A DNA stretch of 64,000 nucleotides, taken from the NCBI RefSeq assembly GCF_056746865.1, contig NZ_JBWKMP010000002.1; one strand, written 5' to 3'. The notes beneath the pieces were generated by a model, which was not told the origin of the DNA, did not search any database, and worked only from the letters and a program-made list of their open reading frames with translations. Shown here in pieces: positions 18,405 through 28,985 of the stretch (position 1 is its first letter; each line of letters begins with the position of its first letter). Origin of the DNA: a plasmid. Made by a program: the position numbers and the translations under genes.

Positions 18405-19409
18405 TTATTCTGATACTTTTAATTTTTCTTTTATGAACTCCTCTAGCTCCTTAATAAAACCCGCACTTATCCTATTGAATTCAATGCGAATTTTTCTTCC
18501 AGTATTGTTTTTACTGATTCTTGCATACTTATCTTTGTTATCAAAAGTAATAAGATCACTTGTTTCCCATTTTGTGGAATAAGATTTTTCACAAACACTT
18601 TCCACAGATTGTGTGATTTTCTCCATTACAACTTTTTGGGCAACTTGGAAGATCTCCAATGTCTAAATCTTTTGTTTCCTCTTTAACATTATCTATTACT
18701 TCATCTAAAGGAAATAGATTTTTTTGCACATATTTCTGTAAACGAGACAAGCGACTATAATAGGAGTTCGGTATTCCTTCATAATCCGGGAATAAAGAGA
18801 TCAATGTTTCGTCAATACGTGCCGCCTGGATTCTTTTGGCTACCGATACATGACTAATCCCAAGATATGCTGCGAGTTCTTCATTAGTAGAAAATCCCTT
18901 TTCTTCCATTTTCTTGATAAATTGAAACCCAACTTCTCTATATGAAAATTTTCGAGATGTTTGTGCTGCGGATATAATTGAATTTATATCATCTTCGGTT
19001 AGTTCATCCGGTAGTACCCACAGGGGAGATCCTTTTCTGCCTTTATACAGCAGAAACGTCTGCGACTTCCTTCTATTAATAAATAAACCCCATCTCTTTT
19101 TACAGCGATCCCTTCGGTATCGACCCCTCTTTCTTCAATCTGCTTAAGAATATCTCTAACAGAATAATCTGTAAGGGCTTCTTGATTTCGTGGGTTTGCT
19201 GGATGGACTAAGGTCTCCTTCTCCACTCTCTGGGCTGGAACAATCACATGTTCCGCTTCAAGTCTTCGGCCCTTATGAAGAGTGAATAACTTTTTTATGC
19301 GAGGTGCTGTTTTCAAACCCGCAAGACCTGAACGGTGACCGACTTCTGTCCGCTTTGGTGCGTTTAAATATCGAGATTTATCATTCCCGATATGTTGCTC
19401 ATCGCTCAT
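18405..19409 (-). pseudogene. parB: Type Ia ParB (P1 ParB/SopB-like) centromere-binding protein, interrupted by two 1-nt frameshifts
   Basis: Three consecutive ORFs (18999..19409, 18589..18909, 18405..18659) together read as a ~335-aa ParB. The GSRRR motif is followed by a frame change at CCCC (~19030), and a second change lies at A5 (~18626). Confidence 0.7.
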
Positions 19410-20659
19410 GCGTTAACTCCTTGCTTAGCTGAAAAACTTTTTATTTCATTTATAAATTGTTGATATACCTGTAATACAGATTCTTCTGCGACATCAAGTT
19501 GCTTTGCGGAACAAAGTTCCTCTGATTTTTTGATATCAAGCACTGTACGCCCTTTGGAAGCAGCTGCCTTAAATGCTTCAGAATTTTTTATGTTAGCGGA
19601 CATCAAAAGGTCCTGAACAGTTCTGATTAATTTATCCAAAACTATTCTTTCATATGGACTTTTGTCATCAACATTGACAGCAAGAACTTTGAACCATTTT
19701 AAATTATCGCCCTTACTTGGTGATTGTTTAAACCTTTCACTTATTGTAAGCATGAAGTCTGTAGTAGAGGCGTAATCATATTCACGTGGTGACACTGCGA
19801 CAAGAATCCCATCGGCCGCTTCGTCAGCAGCCCAGATCAAAGGTGAATCTTCAGGTGGAGTGTCTATAATAATCAAATCATAGTTCTGCTTCAGTACCGG
19901 TAAGATAACTTCCTTGAAACGTAGTAACAAAGACGTTCGTTCTTCTCTAGAACATTGCCAGTATTTATCTTTAAAACGAGCATCTGTCGGAAATGCCGTT
20001 ATCACGTCCAAGTTTGGCAGATGCGTTGAAAAAGGCATATTAGTGATGATTTCTTCTTCAGAGAATCCTGAATCTAAATATTTTTTATACTCAGAATTTT
20101 CTTCATAAATTCCAAGGATTGCATCAATTGCTGTAAGGAAGACATCATCTTCTGAGACACTTTGAATCATGCTGCTTCCAATCGAACCTTGTGGGTCCCA
20201 TTCGATCATTAATACACGTGCATTCAGTTGTAGATCTAAAGCAGCTGCTACTGCTAAAGCTACAGATGTAGTGCTTTTCCCTGTACCGCCTTTATGATTC
20301 TGAGTAACAATAGCTCTGCTAAAGTAATGATCGCGGTACTTGGGATAACCCAGGGCATCCATTATTTTTTGAACATCCCAGCGGGTGTAAAGATGATTTT
20401 TGTTTTGATAAATAGGTGCACCAACAACTTCTTTTTCTTCTAAGTCCGAAAGTATTTTATTGAACGTTACTCGTGACTTCCCAAAAAAATCAGAGAGATT
20501 TTTTTTATTTAAACAGTGGTTGTAGATCAGTCTATCAACACCATCAACACTATCATCAGAAACAGATACTCTTGATGAAGCCATCAGAGATTCCTTAAGA
20601 GAAATCTGCTCGCTTTTCATGCGCTGACCAACGAGGGCGATCTTTTCAAGTAAATTCAT
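19406..20659 (-). CDS. parA: Type Ia ParA partition ATPase with N-terminal DNA-binding extension
   Basis: 417 aa with the deviant Walker A KGGTGKSTTS. It has a ~110-aa N-terminal extension as in P1 ParA/SopA and an ATGA overlap with parB. Confidence 0.85.
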   Translation of the reverse strand: MNLLEKIALVGQRMKSEQISLKESLMASSRVSVSDDSVDGVDRLIYNHCLNKKNLSDFFGKSRVTFNKILSDLEEKEVVGAPIYQNKNHLYTRWDVQKIMDALGYPKYRDHYFSRAIVTQNHKGGTGKSTTSVALAVAAALDLQLNARVLMIEWDPQGSIGSSMIQSVSEDDVFLTAIDAILGIYEENSEYKKYLDSGFSEEEIITNMPFSTHLPNLDVITAFPTDARFKDKYWQCSREERTSLLLRFKEVILPVLKQNYDLIIIDTPPEDSPLIWAADEAADGILVAVSPREYDYASTTDFMLTISERFKQSPSKGDNLKWFKVLAVNVDDKSPYERIVLDKLIRTVQDLLMSANIKNSEAFKAAASKGRTVLDIKKSEELCSAKQLDVAEESVLQVYQQFINEIKSFSAKQGVNA

Positions 20660-20690
20660 GGTTATGACCTTTTTGCACTGAAAACCGACT

Positions 20691-20725
20691 TTTACGCATA
20701 TATGTAAACTTTACGCATAATGCGT
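20691..20725. promoter_or_regulatory. Candidate parA operator (parOP-like repeats)
   Basis: TTTACGCATA occurs twice (20691-20700 and 20710-19), and the second copy is part of the perfect palindrome ACGCAT-A-ATGCGT. The region lies 30-65 bp upstream of the parA ATG. Type Ia ParA proteins autoregulate at such repeats. Confidence 0.5.
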
Positions 20726-21054
20726 CCATTTCATTGTTATACGTACAATTCTATCCTTTGTTTCAATCCTAAGCTAATGTTTGTTTACTTTTTTATGATT
20801 TTTTGTGAGCTTAACTTGCAGATGAGAGCTCAGACTCTCTAGTCCTTAATGCTCATTCTTTTTAAACCACGATTCTTGTCGACTTCTCTACGCTTTGACG
20901 TTATGAGCTCCATTAATGAATCTTAGCCTACCCTATTTCTTGCTTAAGAATTTAATTCTTCTCTCACCGGTGTGCTGATTTAAGTTTTCCTAACTGTGAA
21001 TCGTTGTCGTCAGTCCAGTCTAAAGATATGAGGTGTCATTTTCTTTGAGTAGGC

Positions 21055-24047
21055 CCACTACGAATTATGGGAGCAAAGTTAGCGACCTAGCCCAGAACTG
21101 AAACCCAACTTCAGGAGGCAACCCCAGTGTGGCGATTGGAGTTAATCTGCCAGCGGCTGACAGTGTCCTGGCTCCTTTCTCCGTGGCCCACCACGCCCTG
21201 ATTAAAATCCCCTGCCCGGTATTGTATGGAGCGAAAAAAGCCCGTGCATTTGTGTCGGCAGACCGGCATGAAGGAATATGACGTTAATCTGTATCAGCAG
21301 GCACTTTTCGCATGATGGGAGCAAGTGATAGCAACCCCGCCCAGAACGGAAGGCCAGCATCAGGACAAAACCCAAGTTTGGCGATTAAGGGGGTTAAATT
21401 TGCAAGCGGATGACAGTGCCCCAGCTGCTGCTCAGTCACACCACGCCCTGAGTAAATCTCTCGCCAGGTCTTGTTATGACCGAAAATAGCCCAAGCACTG
21501 GTGTCGGCAGACCGGCATACAGGAATATGACGTTAATCTGTATCAGCAGATACATTTCGCATTATGGGAGCAAGAGATAGCAACCCAGCCCAGAACTGAA
21601 GGCCAGCATGAGGACAGAACACCAGTTTGGCGATTAAGGGAGTTAAATATGCAAGCTGCTGATAGTGCCCCAGCTCCTGCTCAGTAACACCACGCCCTGA
21701 TAAAATCTCCTGCCCGGTAATGTAATGACCGAAAAAAGGCCGTGCACTGGTGTCGGCAGACCGGCACGCAGGAAAATGACGTTAATCTGTATTAACAGAC
21801 ACATTTCGCATTAGGGGAGCAAGTGATAGCCACCCAGCCCAGAACTGAAGGCCAGCATCAGGACAGTACCCCAGTTTGGCGATTAAGGGGGTTAAATCCG
21901 CCAGTGGCTGTAAGTGCCCGAGCGGTGTATAAGAAATATTTCCCGAAGGACAATCTTTCGCTCGTACGATGAATAAAGTGTTCAACCCGGGAGCGGGGAT
22001 CACTTACCTGCTTAGCCTAAATCTTACGTCATTCTTAAACGGAGTTTAAGCTTAATGGTCCTTAGAAAGTTAAAAGGACTACCCATAATGACGTCTTGAG
22101 ATGGCGAATAAAGGGTTTTAATCTGCCAGCGGCTCAACAGTGCCCCAGCTTCTGCTCAGTCACACCACGCCTGATTAAATCTCCCGCCAGGTCTTATTAT
22201 GACCGAAAATAGTCCCCGTGCACTAGAGTCGTAAGACCGGCATACAGGAATGAAGCTTAAATCTTTATCAGGTTGCAAGGTTCGCATCATGGGAGCAAGG
22301 GCCTTGAACTGTAGGTTAACATCAGAAAATCCCAGATTGGCGATTAAGGGGGTTAAATCTGACAGCGACTGAAAGTGCCTTCAGATGCTGCTCAGGTATA
22401 TTACAACCTGAAAAAATCAAGCGTCTGTTCATGCGAATATCGAAAAAAGCTATGCACCAGTTTCGGCAGACCGGCATGGAGTAATGAGACGTTAATCTGT
22501 ATCAGCTGGCGCATTTCGTATCATGGGAGCAAGTGTTAGCAACCCTGCCCAGGACGGAAGGACACTATCAGGACTGATCCCAGTTTGGAGATTAAGGGGG
22601 TTAAATCTGCCAGTGGCTGACAGAGCCTTCTGAGTCAGACATACTATGAACGATAAAATCACCCGTCCGTCCTTGTGATTATCGGAAAAAGCCATGCCCA
22701 GTCGGCAGATCGGTATGCAGTAATGTGACTTTAATCTGTATCAGCAGGCGCAATGGGAGCAAGTGTTAGCAACCGAGCCCAGGACGGAAGGACACTATCA
22801 GGACTGAACCCCAGTGTGGCGATTAAGGGGGTTAAATCTGCAAGCGGATAACAGTGCCCCAGCTGCTGCTCAGTCACACCACGCCCTGATTAAATCTCTC
22901 GCCAGGTCTTGTTAGGACCGAAAATAGCCCGAGCACTGGTGTCGGCAGACCGGCATACAGGAATACGACGTTAATTTGTATCAGCAGGTACATTTCGCAT
23001 TATGGGAGCAAGTGATAGCAACCCAGCTCAGAACTGAAGGCCTGCATGAGGACAGAACACCAGTTTGGCGATTAAGGGGGTTAAATCTGACAGCGGCTGA
23101 CAGTGCCTTCAGATGCTGCTCAGGCATACTACTCTCCCTGATATAATCTCCCATATGTTCTTGAGATTCGCCCATGCACCGGTGTCGGCAGACCGGTATG
23201 CAGTAATGTGATTTTAATCTGTATCAGCAGGCACATTTCGTATCATGGGAGTAAGTGTTAGCAAACCGAACCCCGCCCAGCACGGAAGGTCAATATCAGA
23301 CCAGAATCCCAGTTTGGCGATTAAGGGGGTTAAATCTGCAAGCTGCTGACAGTGCCCCAGCTTCTGCTCAGTCACACCACGCCCTGATAAAATCTCCTGC
23401 CCGGTAATGTGATGACCGAAAAAAGCCCGTGCACTGGTGTTGGCAGACCGGCACGCAGGAATATGACGTTAATCTGTATCAGCAGTTACATTTCGCATTA
23501 TGGGAGGAAGTGATAGCCACCCAGCCCAGAACTGAAGGCCAGCATCAGGACAGTACCCCAGTTTGGCGATTAAGGGGGTTAAATCCGGCAGCGGCAGTAA
23601 GTGCCCGTGCTGTGTTAAAGGAATATTTCCCTAAGGACAATCTTCCGATCGGCCTTTTGTATAAAGTGGTCACCCCGGGAGCGGGGATCACTTTACCTGC
23701 TTAGCCTAAATCTTACGTCAATCACTATCCGGAATTTTAGCTTAATGGTCCTGAGCAAGTTAAAAGGGGTACCCCTAATGACGTCCCCAGATGGCGATAA
23801 AGGAGTTAATTCCGCCTTCGGCTTACAGTGCCGCAGCTGCTGCTAAGGAACACCACGCCCTGATTAAATCTCCCGCCTGGCCTTGTGATGACCAAAAATT
23901 GTCCGTGCACTGGCGTCGTAAGACCGGCATACAGGAATGAGGCGTTAATCTTTATTAGGTGGAAGGATTCGCATCATGGGAGCAAGGGCCCTAGAACTGT
24001 AGGCTAACATTAGAAAATCACAGATTGGCGATAAAGGGGGTTAAATA
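21055..24047. repeat. Non-coding tandem array: 13 units of ~249 bp arranged as a 1.69-kb higher-order repeat
   Basis: The core GGCGATTAAGGGGGTTAAATCTGC recurs at 21131, 21380, 21629, 21878, 22103, 22339, 22587, 22818, 23067, 23316, 23565, 23793 and 24027. Copy n and copy n+7 are 1687-1690 bp apart. No conserved ORF. Confidence 0.9.
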
Positions 24048-24413
24048 AGTTAAAAGTCTTCGGTGAGCAAATTGGATAAATTTTCATAAACCAAAGCGTT
24101 AATATTAAACTTTTAGAAGAATGATTAAAGGATATTAAGTTTTGTATGCAATATGACACCAGTGATCTGTTTTCACTAATAATGCCGCGCTCCTTTGATT
24201 ACCTTTGGTAAACAAAAATGTAATTTACGTGAATTTCATCTTATAAAGTCAGTATTGATGTTATAAATTTTGTTTACTTAATGCGTACACAACCTAAATG
24301 CGATTTGTAATTATGTCACTGTTTTTAAGCCATATTAATTATAAAACCAAAATTTGCAGCACAGTGATGAACTCATTAAGTCATAACCTCATTTGTTTAC
24401 TTAAGGCATACAA

Positions 24414-24445
24414 TAAAAAACCAGATTCTTATGAGACATCTGGTT
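24414..24445 (-). terminator. Rho-independent terminator after trhC
   Basis: Stem ACCAGAT / ATCTGGT (24420-24426 and 24438-24444) with an 11-nt loop. On the minus strand it is followed by a T run (A6 at 24415-24420). It lies 30 nt after the trhC stop. Confidence 0.6.
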
Positions 24446-24473
24446 TAATTGTTTTTGCTTGAAGATATTTACT

Positions 24474-27146
24474 CTACGCGGCCAAACCCGCTGCTACTTC
24501 TTGAGCATAGAGAATTTCTATTGCCTCGCCATAGCTACAATTCTCGCGGCTTTGAATTTCCCATAATTTACTCCTGTCAGCACTATCCGTAGTAAAACAA
24601 AGCTCCATTTTCCGGTCTACGTATAACCGACAGATCTCGTAAGTTTCGAACCTGACTAACATCTCTGAAAACACCTTTTTGACTGTACGAATATTTTTCA
24701 TTCGTTCATATTCTGCATCTGAAGTAGAAAAATATTTATTAGCCTTCATTGCTTCAATGCTTTCTTTTTCTTGTTTCATGATTATCTTCCAAGGCGAGTT
24801 AGCAGTCAGGGCCCGGCCAACAGAAGAAGTAAAATAATCTTCAAACGACTGTGTGATACAGATGCCAGCGCAGTTTGTTTTCCTGAACCTACGCCATGCC
24901 GCTTCGAGGAAGGAAGAGAAGAATTGGTTTGATTGATTTCCGGCACCTGATGAATTATCAGGACGAATGTACTCCCAAGCTTCATCTAGGATGAACAAGC
25001 GACGACGCCCATCTTTTTTGATGAACATTGCATGCTGAGCAGCCTGAATGATAGACATTAAAACAACTGTCTGAAGGTGGGGGGTGCCTTTTAGCTCCTC
25101 CAGTTCCAAAACAATAAATCTGCTGTCTATTGGAGGCAACGTATCGGTAAACCGGTGCCCATAAATTCCACCTTCGCACCATGCTCCGAGTTGCTCCCCA
25201 ATATCCTTTATACGTTTGTCTTCATGCTTCTTGCAACGCAGAGCAAAGCCGGTTATTGAACCGGTCCGACCTGATTTTCTGGATTCCTGGTACTCTTCTG
25301 CAATAAGCTGAAGCATCACTGATTGTTGATAATCATCGATAAGGCCTTTCTCTGAAGCCATAATTTTTAGCTGATTCAGAACCATTATGGTCTGAGCAAC
25401 TTTGTCTTTTTCTGCATCGTTTGAAGTTGATTCACCGGTAAATTCAGGTGCTTCGTTAAATACATCGTCGTTAACAGTGATGTCAGTTAGGAAGGCAAAG
25501 GGATTTAGGGTGAAGTCAGGGGTTTTACCGAAATCAATAAATTGACTGTTTGTATATTGTTCCGCAATCCCCTGGTAAGAACGCCCCACGTCCACTACAA
25601 AAACTTGAGCACCATCAGGATCATCATCTGGGTATTCGTTTTCTAAAAAATGCTTAAATGTTGAGCGATAATGAACGAGGTTATTAGATCGCGGTCCAGC
25701 TCCAAGATAGTTATTGATTAGATATGCTGTCCAGAATGACTTGCCTGCACCTGACGTTGCACCAATAACCATGTTATAGCTTGCAGAAGTCTTGAAAATA
25801 TCAAGTCCCATGAGTTGACCTTCACGAGAAACTAAACTCAGTACTGGTCTATCTGTATTACCTTTCCAGGGCCCAAAGATCGGCGTCATATGAGCCGCTC
25901 CGGTGTTGCTCACTACTTCGGATCGGTCAAGGTCGAAAATTGTCTTTGGGTCATTGCACATTGGCAGACATGACATAAATGACGGGAAAACGATAAAGGA
26001 ATCATCTGCTACTTTGACCCGGCTTTCGAGGTAAAAGGATTTGAGATCGTTAGCTGCTGTCTGCACAGAATTGGCATTACTACCCATAACAGTGAAAGTA
26101 AGATACCCTCTTAAAAGCTTTGCGCCATCCTCAAGCTCGCGAGTTACGGCCATGTAGTCATTATCCATATCCCGCAGGCGAGGGCAGAATGTGACAACTG
26201 AAGGTATACTTGCCTGTTTATTAGTGATTGCTTTGTAGCGGACGTTTTCTTTTGACAACTTGAGCGGATCGGCAAACTGAACAGTCTGAGTGATCATAAA
26301 TGGGCTGAAAATTGTCTTACGTCCATGCATCCAGTTAACTACTAACTCATACATACAACCGAAATTGACGTATTCAGGAAACTTTACAACGGAAAGTTGT
26401 TTGAAGTAACGATGCTCAGATTCGTCGTCACTTTGTGTGACTGATGAGAAATGATTTTCTGTGACTGTATACTTACGGCCGGGAACGTTAACTTGTTCAT
26501 TAAGCCTTTTCATAGTGTTAACGTCTATAAAACCTTCAGCCCACCGAGAGTTCTTTCCGGGGTTTACGACCTTATCTATACAATAGAGCCAGTTTTCTGC
26601 ATCGACCTTAAACGGATGCAGTCCAATCGTAATTAACTTACTTACAAGTTCAGAGTAAAGTGAATCGATACGCGAATGTTCCAGCTCGGTAGGAAGGGCA
26701 GACTGTAAAGGAATCGATAGCGAGATCCATACCTGAAAATCCCTCAACATAAGGTTATCATGATCAGGTTTTAAAGGCTTATGCATACTTCTGTCGTAGT
26801 AGTCCAACTGATAACCATTAAGCAGATCTGCTTTAAGCTTATCGTTCCCAGTCATACGCCCACCTCGCACAGCTGACCAAGCACTAAGCTGTAAAGTCAA
26901 GTCTGGCAATGCAGTCAGAGATATTTGACAGACAGTATCTGTAGGAAAATCCATTTTGAACATTTCAGCAAGAACATCTTGCTGATTATCAAAAACTCCA
27001 GGTGATGGATTACAGATAAACATAAACCCTAATCTGTTGCCATCAATCAAAAAATAGTGAGTCCCTGCTAATTGATCGTAAACAGGGATAAACCCACCTA
27101 ATTGATGGCGATTTAAACCGCTATTGTAATTATTGATAGCTTCCAT
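24474..27146 (-). CDS. trhC: TraC/VirB4-family type IV secretion ATPase
   Basis: 890 aa with Walker A GATSGAGKS and a Walker B-like RLFILDEAW. Position after traV fits. Confidence 0.9.
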   Translation of the reverse strand: MEAINNYNSGLNRHQLGGFIPVYDQLAGTHYFLIDGNRLGFMFICNPSPGVFDNQQDVLAEMFKMDFPTDTVCQISLTALPDLTLQLSAWSAVRGGRMTGNDKLKADLLNGYQLDYYDRSMHKPLKPDHDNLMLRDFQVWISLSIPLQSALPTELEHSRIDSLYSELVSKLITIGLHPFKVDAENWLYCIDKVVNPGKNSRWAEGFIDVNTMKRLNEQVNVPGRKYTVTENHFSSVTQSDDESEHRYFKQLSVVKFPEYVNFGCMYELVVNWMHGRKTIFSPFMITQTVQFADPLKLSKENVRYKAITNKQASIPSVVTFCPRLRDMDNDYMAVTRELEDGAKLLRGYLTFTVMGSNANSVQTAANDLKSFYLESRVKVADDSFIVFPSFMSCLPMCNDPKTIFDLDRSEVVSNTGAAHMTPIFGPWKGNTDRPVLSLVSREGQLMGLDIFKTSASYNMVIGATSGAGKSFWTAYLINNYLGAGPRSNNLVHYRSTFKHFLENEYPDDDPDGAQVFVVDVGRSYQGIAEQYTNSQFIDFGKTPDFTLNPFAFLTDITVNDDVFNEAPEFTGESTSNDAEKDKVAQTIMVLNQLKIMASEKGLIDDYQQSVMLQLIAEEYQESRKSGRTGSITGFALRCKKHEDKRIKDIGEQLGAWCEGGIYGHRFTDTLPPIDSRFIVLELEELKGTPHLQTVVLMSIIQAAQHAMFIKKDGRRRLFILDEAWEYIRPDNSSGAGNQSNQFFSSFLEAAWRRFRKTNCAGICITQSFEDYFTSSVGRALTANSPWKIIMKQEKESIEAMKANKYFSTSDAEYERMKNIRTVKKVFSEMLVRFETYEICRLYVDRKMELCFTTDSADRSKLWEIQSRENCSYGEAIEILYAQEVAAGLAA

Positions 27147-27154
27147 ATTTGACC

Positions 27155-28105
27155 TTACAGTTGTCTAACAATGCCGTTCGAAGAGACAGCTTTAGTTGCT
27201 TTTTGTTGCTGCTGCATATTTTCCCGGGCCGCATCCTGTACTTCTAAAGGAACTATGCGAGCTGGGTTTGAGGTCGAATTCTTGCCAGCAATCCATGTTT
27301 GCGGTTTTACGTTGACATAAACGTAGCCGGGAAGATTAAGCGCATCGTTATCATCGGTATAAGGTGCAAAAGTAATTCTCATTACTTTCCCCTGTTGCAG
27401 AACAGCAAGTGGTTCAGGAGCCACTACAGCTTGTTTATAACCTTGCGAACGGTATTGCTGGATCTGCCCAGTGTTGAGAGTAGGGTTAACGGGCTGGCCA
27501 TTGTAAAGAGAGTACATATCCTTGCCAGGGCTGATATCAGAATTAGGTGCAACGTAGCGTGGTGCATTTCCAGCAGAAACCGGATAGCTTGTTTGTTTAA
27601 CGACTTCCGCAGCCGGATGAACGAAAGGGTTACCAGCTGAAGAGGCAGTGCTATAACTGCTAGTCATCCTTACGTTTGAATTAACCGGTACACCAGAAAT
27701 AGGCCGTGGTCCAATGGATGAAGTAGGGGCACCCATTTTTAAAGTTTTATCGTACATGACAGGTAACTGACCAACTGGCTTAATTTCGGTTTTTGAATAA
27801 GCCACAGGCTGATTTTTAAGGGTTGTAGACTGTGGATATTTGACTTCCCCTGGAGGGCTAATTTCAGTTGGATAACGGCTGTCATTGACAGCCGATTTCT
27901 CCTTTCCCGATTCCGACTCTTCCCCCGCAAGTGCAGACAGATCATCTCGATTATTAGTTAACTCCATAACTTCGCGAGGACCTTTACAGATAACGCCCTT
28001 TTCAATGCCTGGACATTCGGATTCGGAACTCCCGATGGAGCACCCCGTAAGATATGAGGATGTACCTACAACCAGAGCACTGAGTACCAATCTTTTGATG
28101 TTCAT
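27155..28105 (-). CDS. trhV: TraV-like outer-membrane lipoprotein of the T4SS core
   Basis: 316 aa with lipobox YLTGC and a long P/S/Q-rich low-complexity body. It lies directly upstream of traC, as in F-like and H-like systems. Confidence 0.7.
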   Translation of the reverse strand: MNIKRLVLSALVVGTSSYLTGCSIGSSESECPGIEKGVICKGPREVMELTNNRDDLSALAGEESESGKEKSAVNDSRYPTEISPPGEVKYPQSTTLKNQPVAYSKTEIKPVGQLPVMYDKTLKMGAPTSSIGPRPISGVPVNSNVRMTSSYSTASSAGNPFVHPAAEVVKQTSYPVSAGNAPRYVAPNSDISPGKDMYSLYNGQPVNPTLNTGQIQQYRSQGYKQAVVAPEPLAVLQQGKVMRITFAPYTDDNDALNLPGYVYVNVKPQTWIAGKNSTSNPARIVPLEVQDAARENMQQQQKATKAVSSNGIVRQL

Positions 28106-28114
28106 AAACTAGCC

Positions 28115-28972
28115 TTAATTTGTCTCAAATGGATTTTTTAAGAGAGGTTCAACGCTTTGGTTCAACCAGTAGTCGAAATCTTTTGGAATGCCATTACCAG
28201 CCAAACCATCCTGTCTGACAACTGAAGGTACACCCTGCAATTTATAAATTCCTGCGAGCATCAATGACGCTACCAAAGGTTCCGCCGGACATTCTTCTGC
28301 TTCTTTTTGAGAGAGCAATCTTTTTTCAATGTCGGATTTGCTTCCCATTAGCCAACGAAGAATATCGAGGTTGTTTATTTTTCCTTTTTCTTTACTACAC
28401 CAGAGCCTTCTAAGCTCTTCTTTTGGCTCACCGGGTGAGGGAACTAAAACAATATCTATCCGATACTTGTCCCGATCTGCATAAAATTTCTTAACAAGTT
28501 CCATGCAACCGTCACAATCAAGTGTTAAGAAAATGGCTGCTTGTCTCTTAAGCTTTGAATTTCCCAGATGAATGGACGCTACAGTTTCCAGAGGGAAGGG
28601 GGCCTCATCAAGACTAATAAAATAGGAATTTCTGATTTCTTCTACAGTCAGAACAGGTTTACGTTTAATTACATCAACAAGGCTTCCCCCAGTAAGGGAG
28701 TATCGGCCATCGGTCGTTACTGCCATTAGCTGCGAACGCTCGTCCTGAAAGAGGTATAGCCCACCAGAAGGAATGTATATGGCATCCTTAGGTTTATATC
28801 CTTTCATTTTTGATAACGCACCCGAGATCTGACTGGGTGAAACGCCGCCTTCCTTTGCCTTTGCCATTAACGCAGCAGCATCACTATTAGTTAGGACCTG
28901 CTCTGAAGCATAAGTGACCGTATTCGCCATAATGGCGAAAGCCGCCATTAAAGGGAAAAGTAACTTTTTCAC
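28115..28972 (-). CDS. DsbC/thioredoxin-fold periplasmic disulfide isomerase-like protein
   Basis: CxxC motif (LDCDGCMELV) and signal peptide VKKLLFPLMAAFAIMANTVTYA. I start it at GTG 28972, preceded by AGAGGG. The track start at 29098 would overlap the upstream gene by 113 nt. Confidence 0.65.
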   Translation of the reverse strand: MKKLLFPLMAAFAIMANTVTYASEQVLTNSDAAALMAKAKEGGVSPSQISGALSKMKGYKPKDAIYIPSGGLYLFQDERSQLMAVTTDGRYSLTGGSLVDVIKRKPVLTVEEIRNSYFISLDEAPFPLETVASIHLGNSKLKRQAAIFLTLDCDGCMELVKKFYADRDKYRIDIVLVPSPGEPKEELRRLWCSKEKGKINNLDILRWLMGSKSDIEKRLLSQKEAEECPAEPLVASLMLAGIYKLQGVPSVVRQDGLAGNGIPKDFDYWLNQSVEPLLKNPFETN

Positions 28973-28985
28973 TATTGGGTGCCCT

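Noticed and set aside
21782-23704. Four 64-91-aa ORFs inside the 249-bp satellite (21782..22003, 22492..22695, 22981..23175, 23429..23704).
   Set aside because: They lie on different strands and frames in equivalent repeat units, are interrupted in most units, and lack ribosome-binding sites.
21055-24047. The idea that each 249-bp unit is a structured RNA.
   Set aside because: The best candidate long-range pairing (ACTGGTG with CACCAGT) is not maintained by compensatory changes in the variant units (for example 22451 and 22691). Only a short local hairpin around AGTGCC shows any covariation. I kept it as an untested alternative only.
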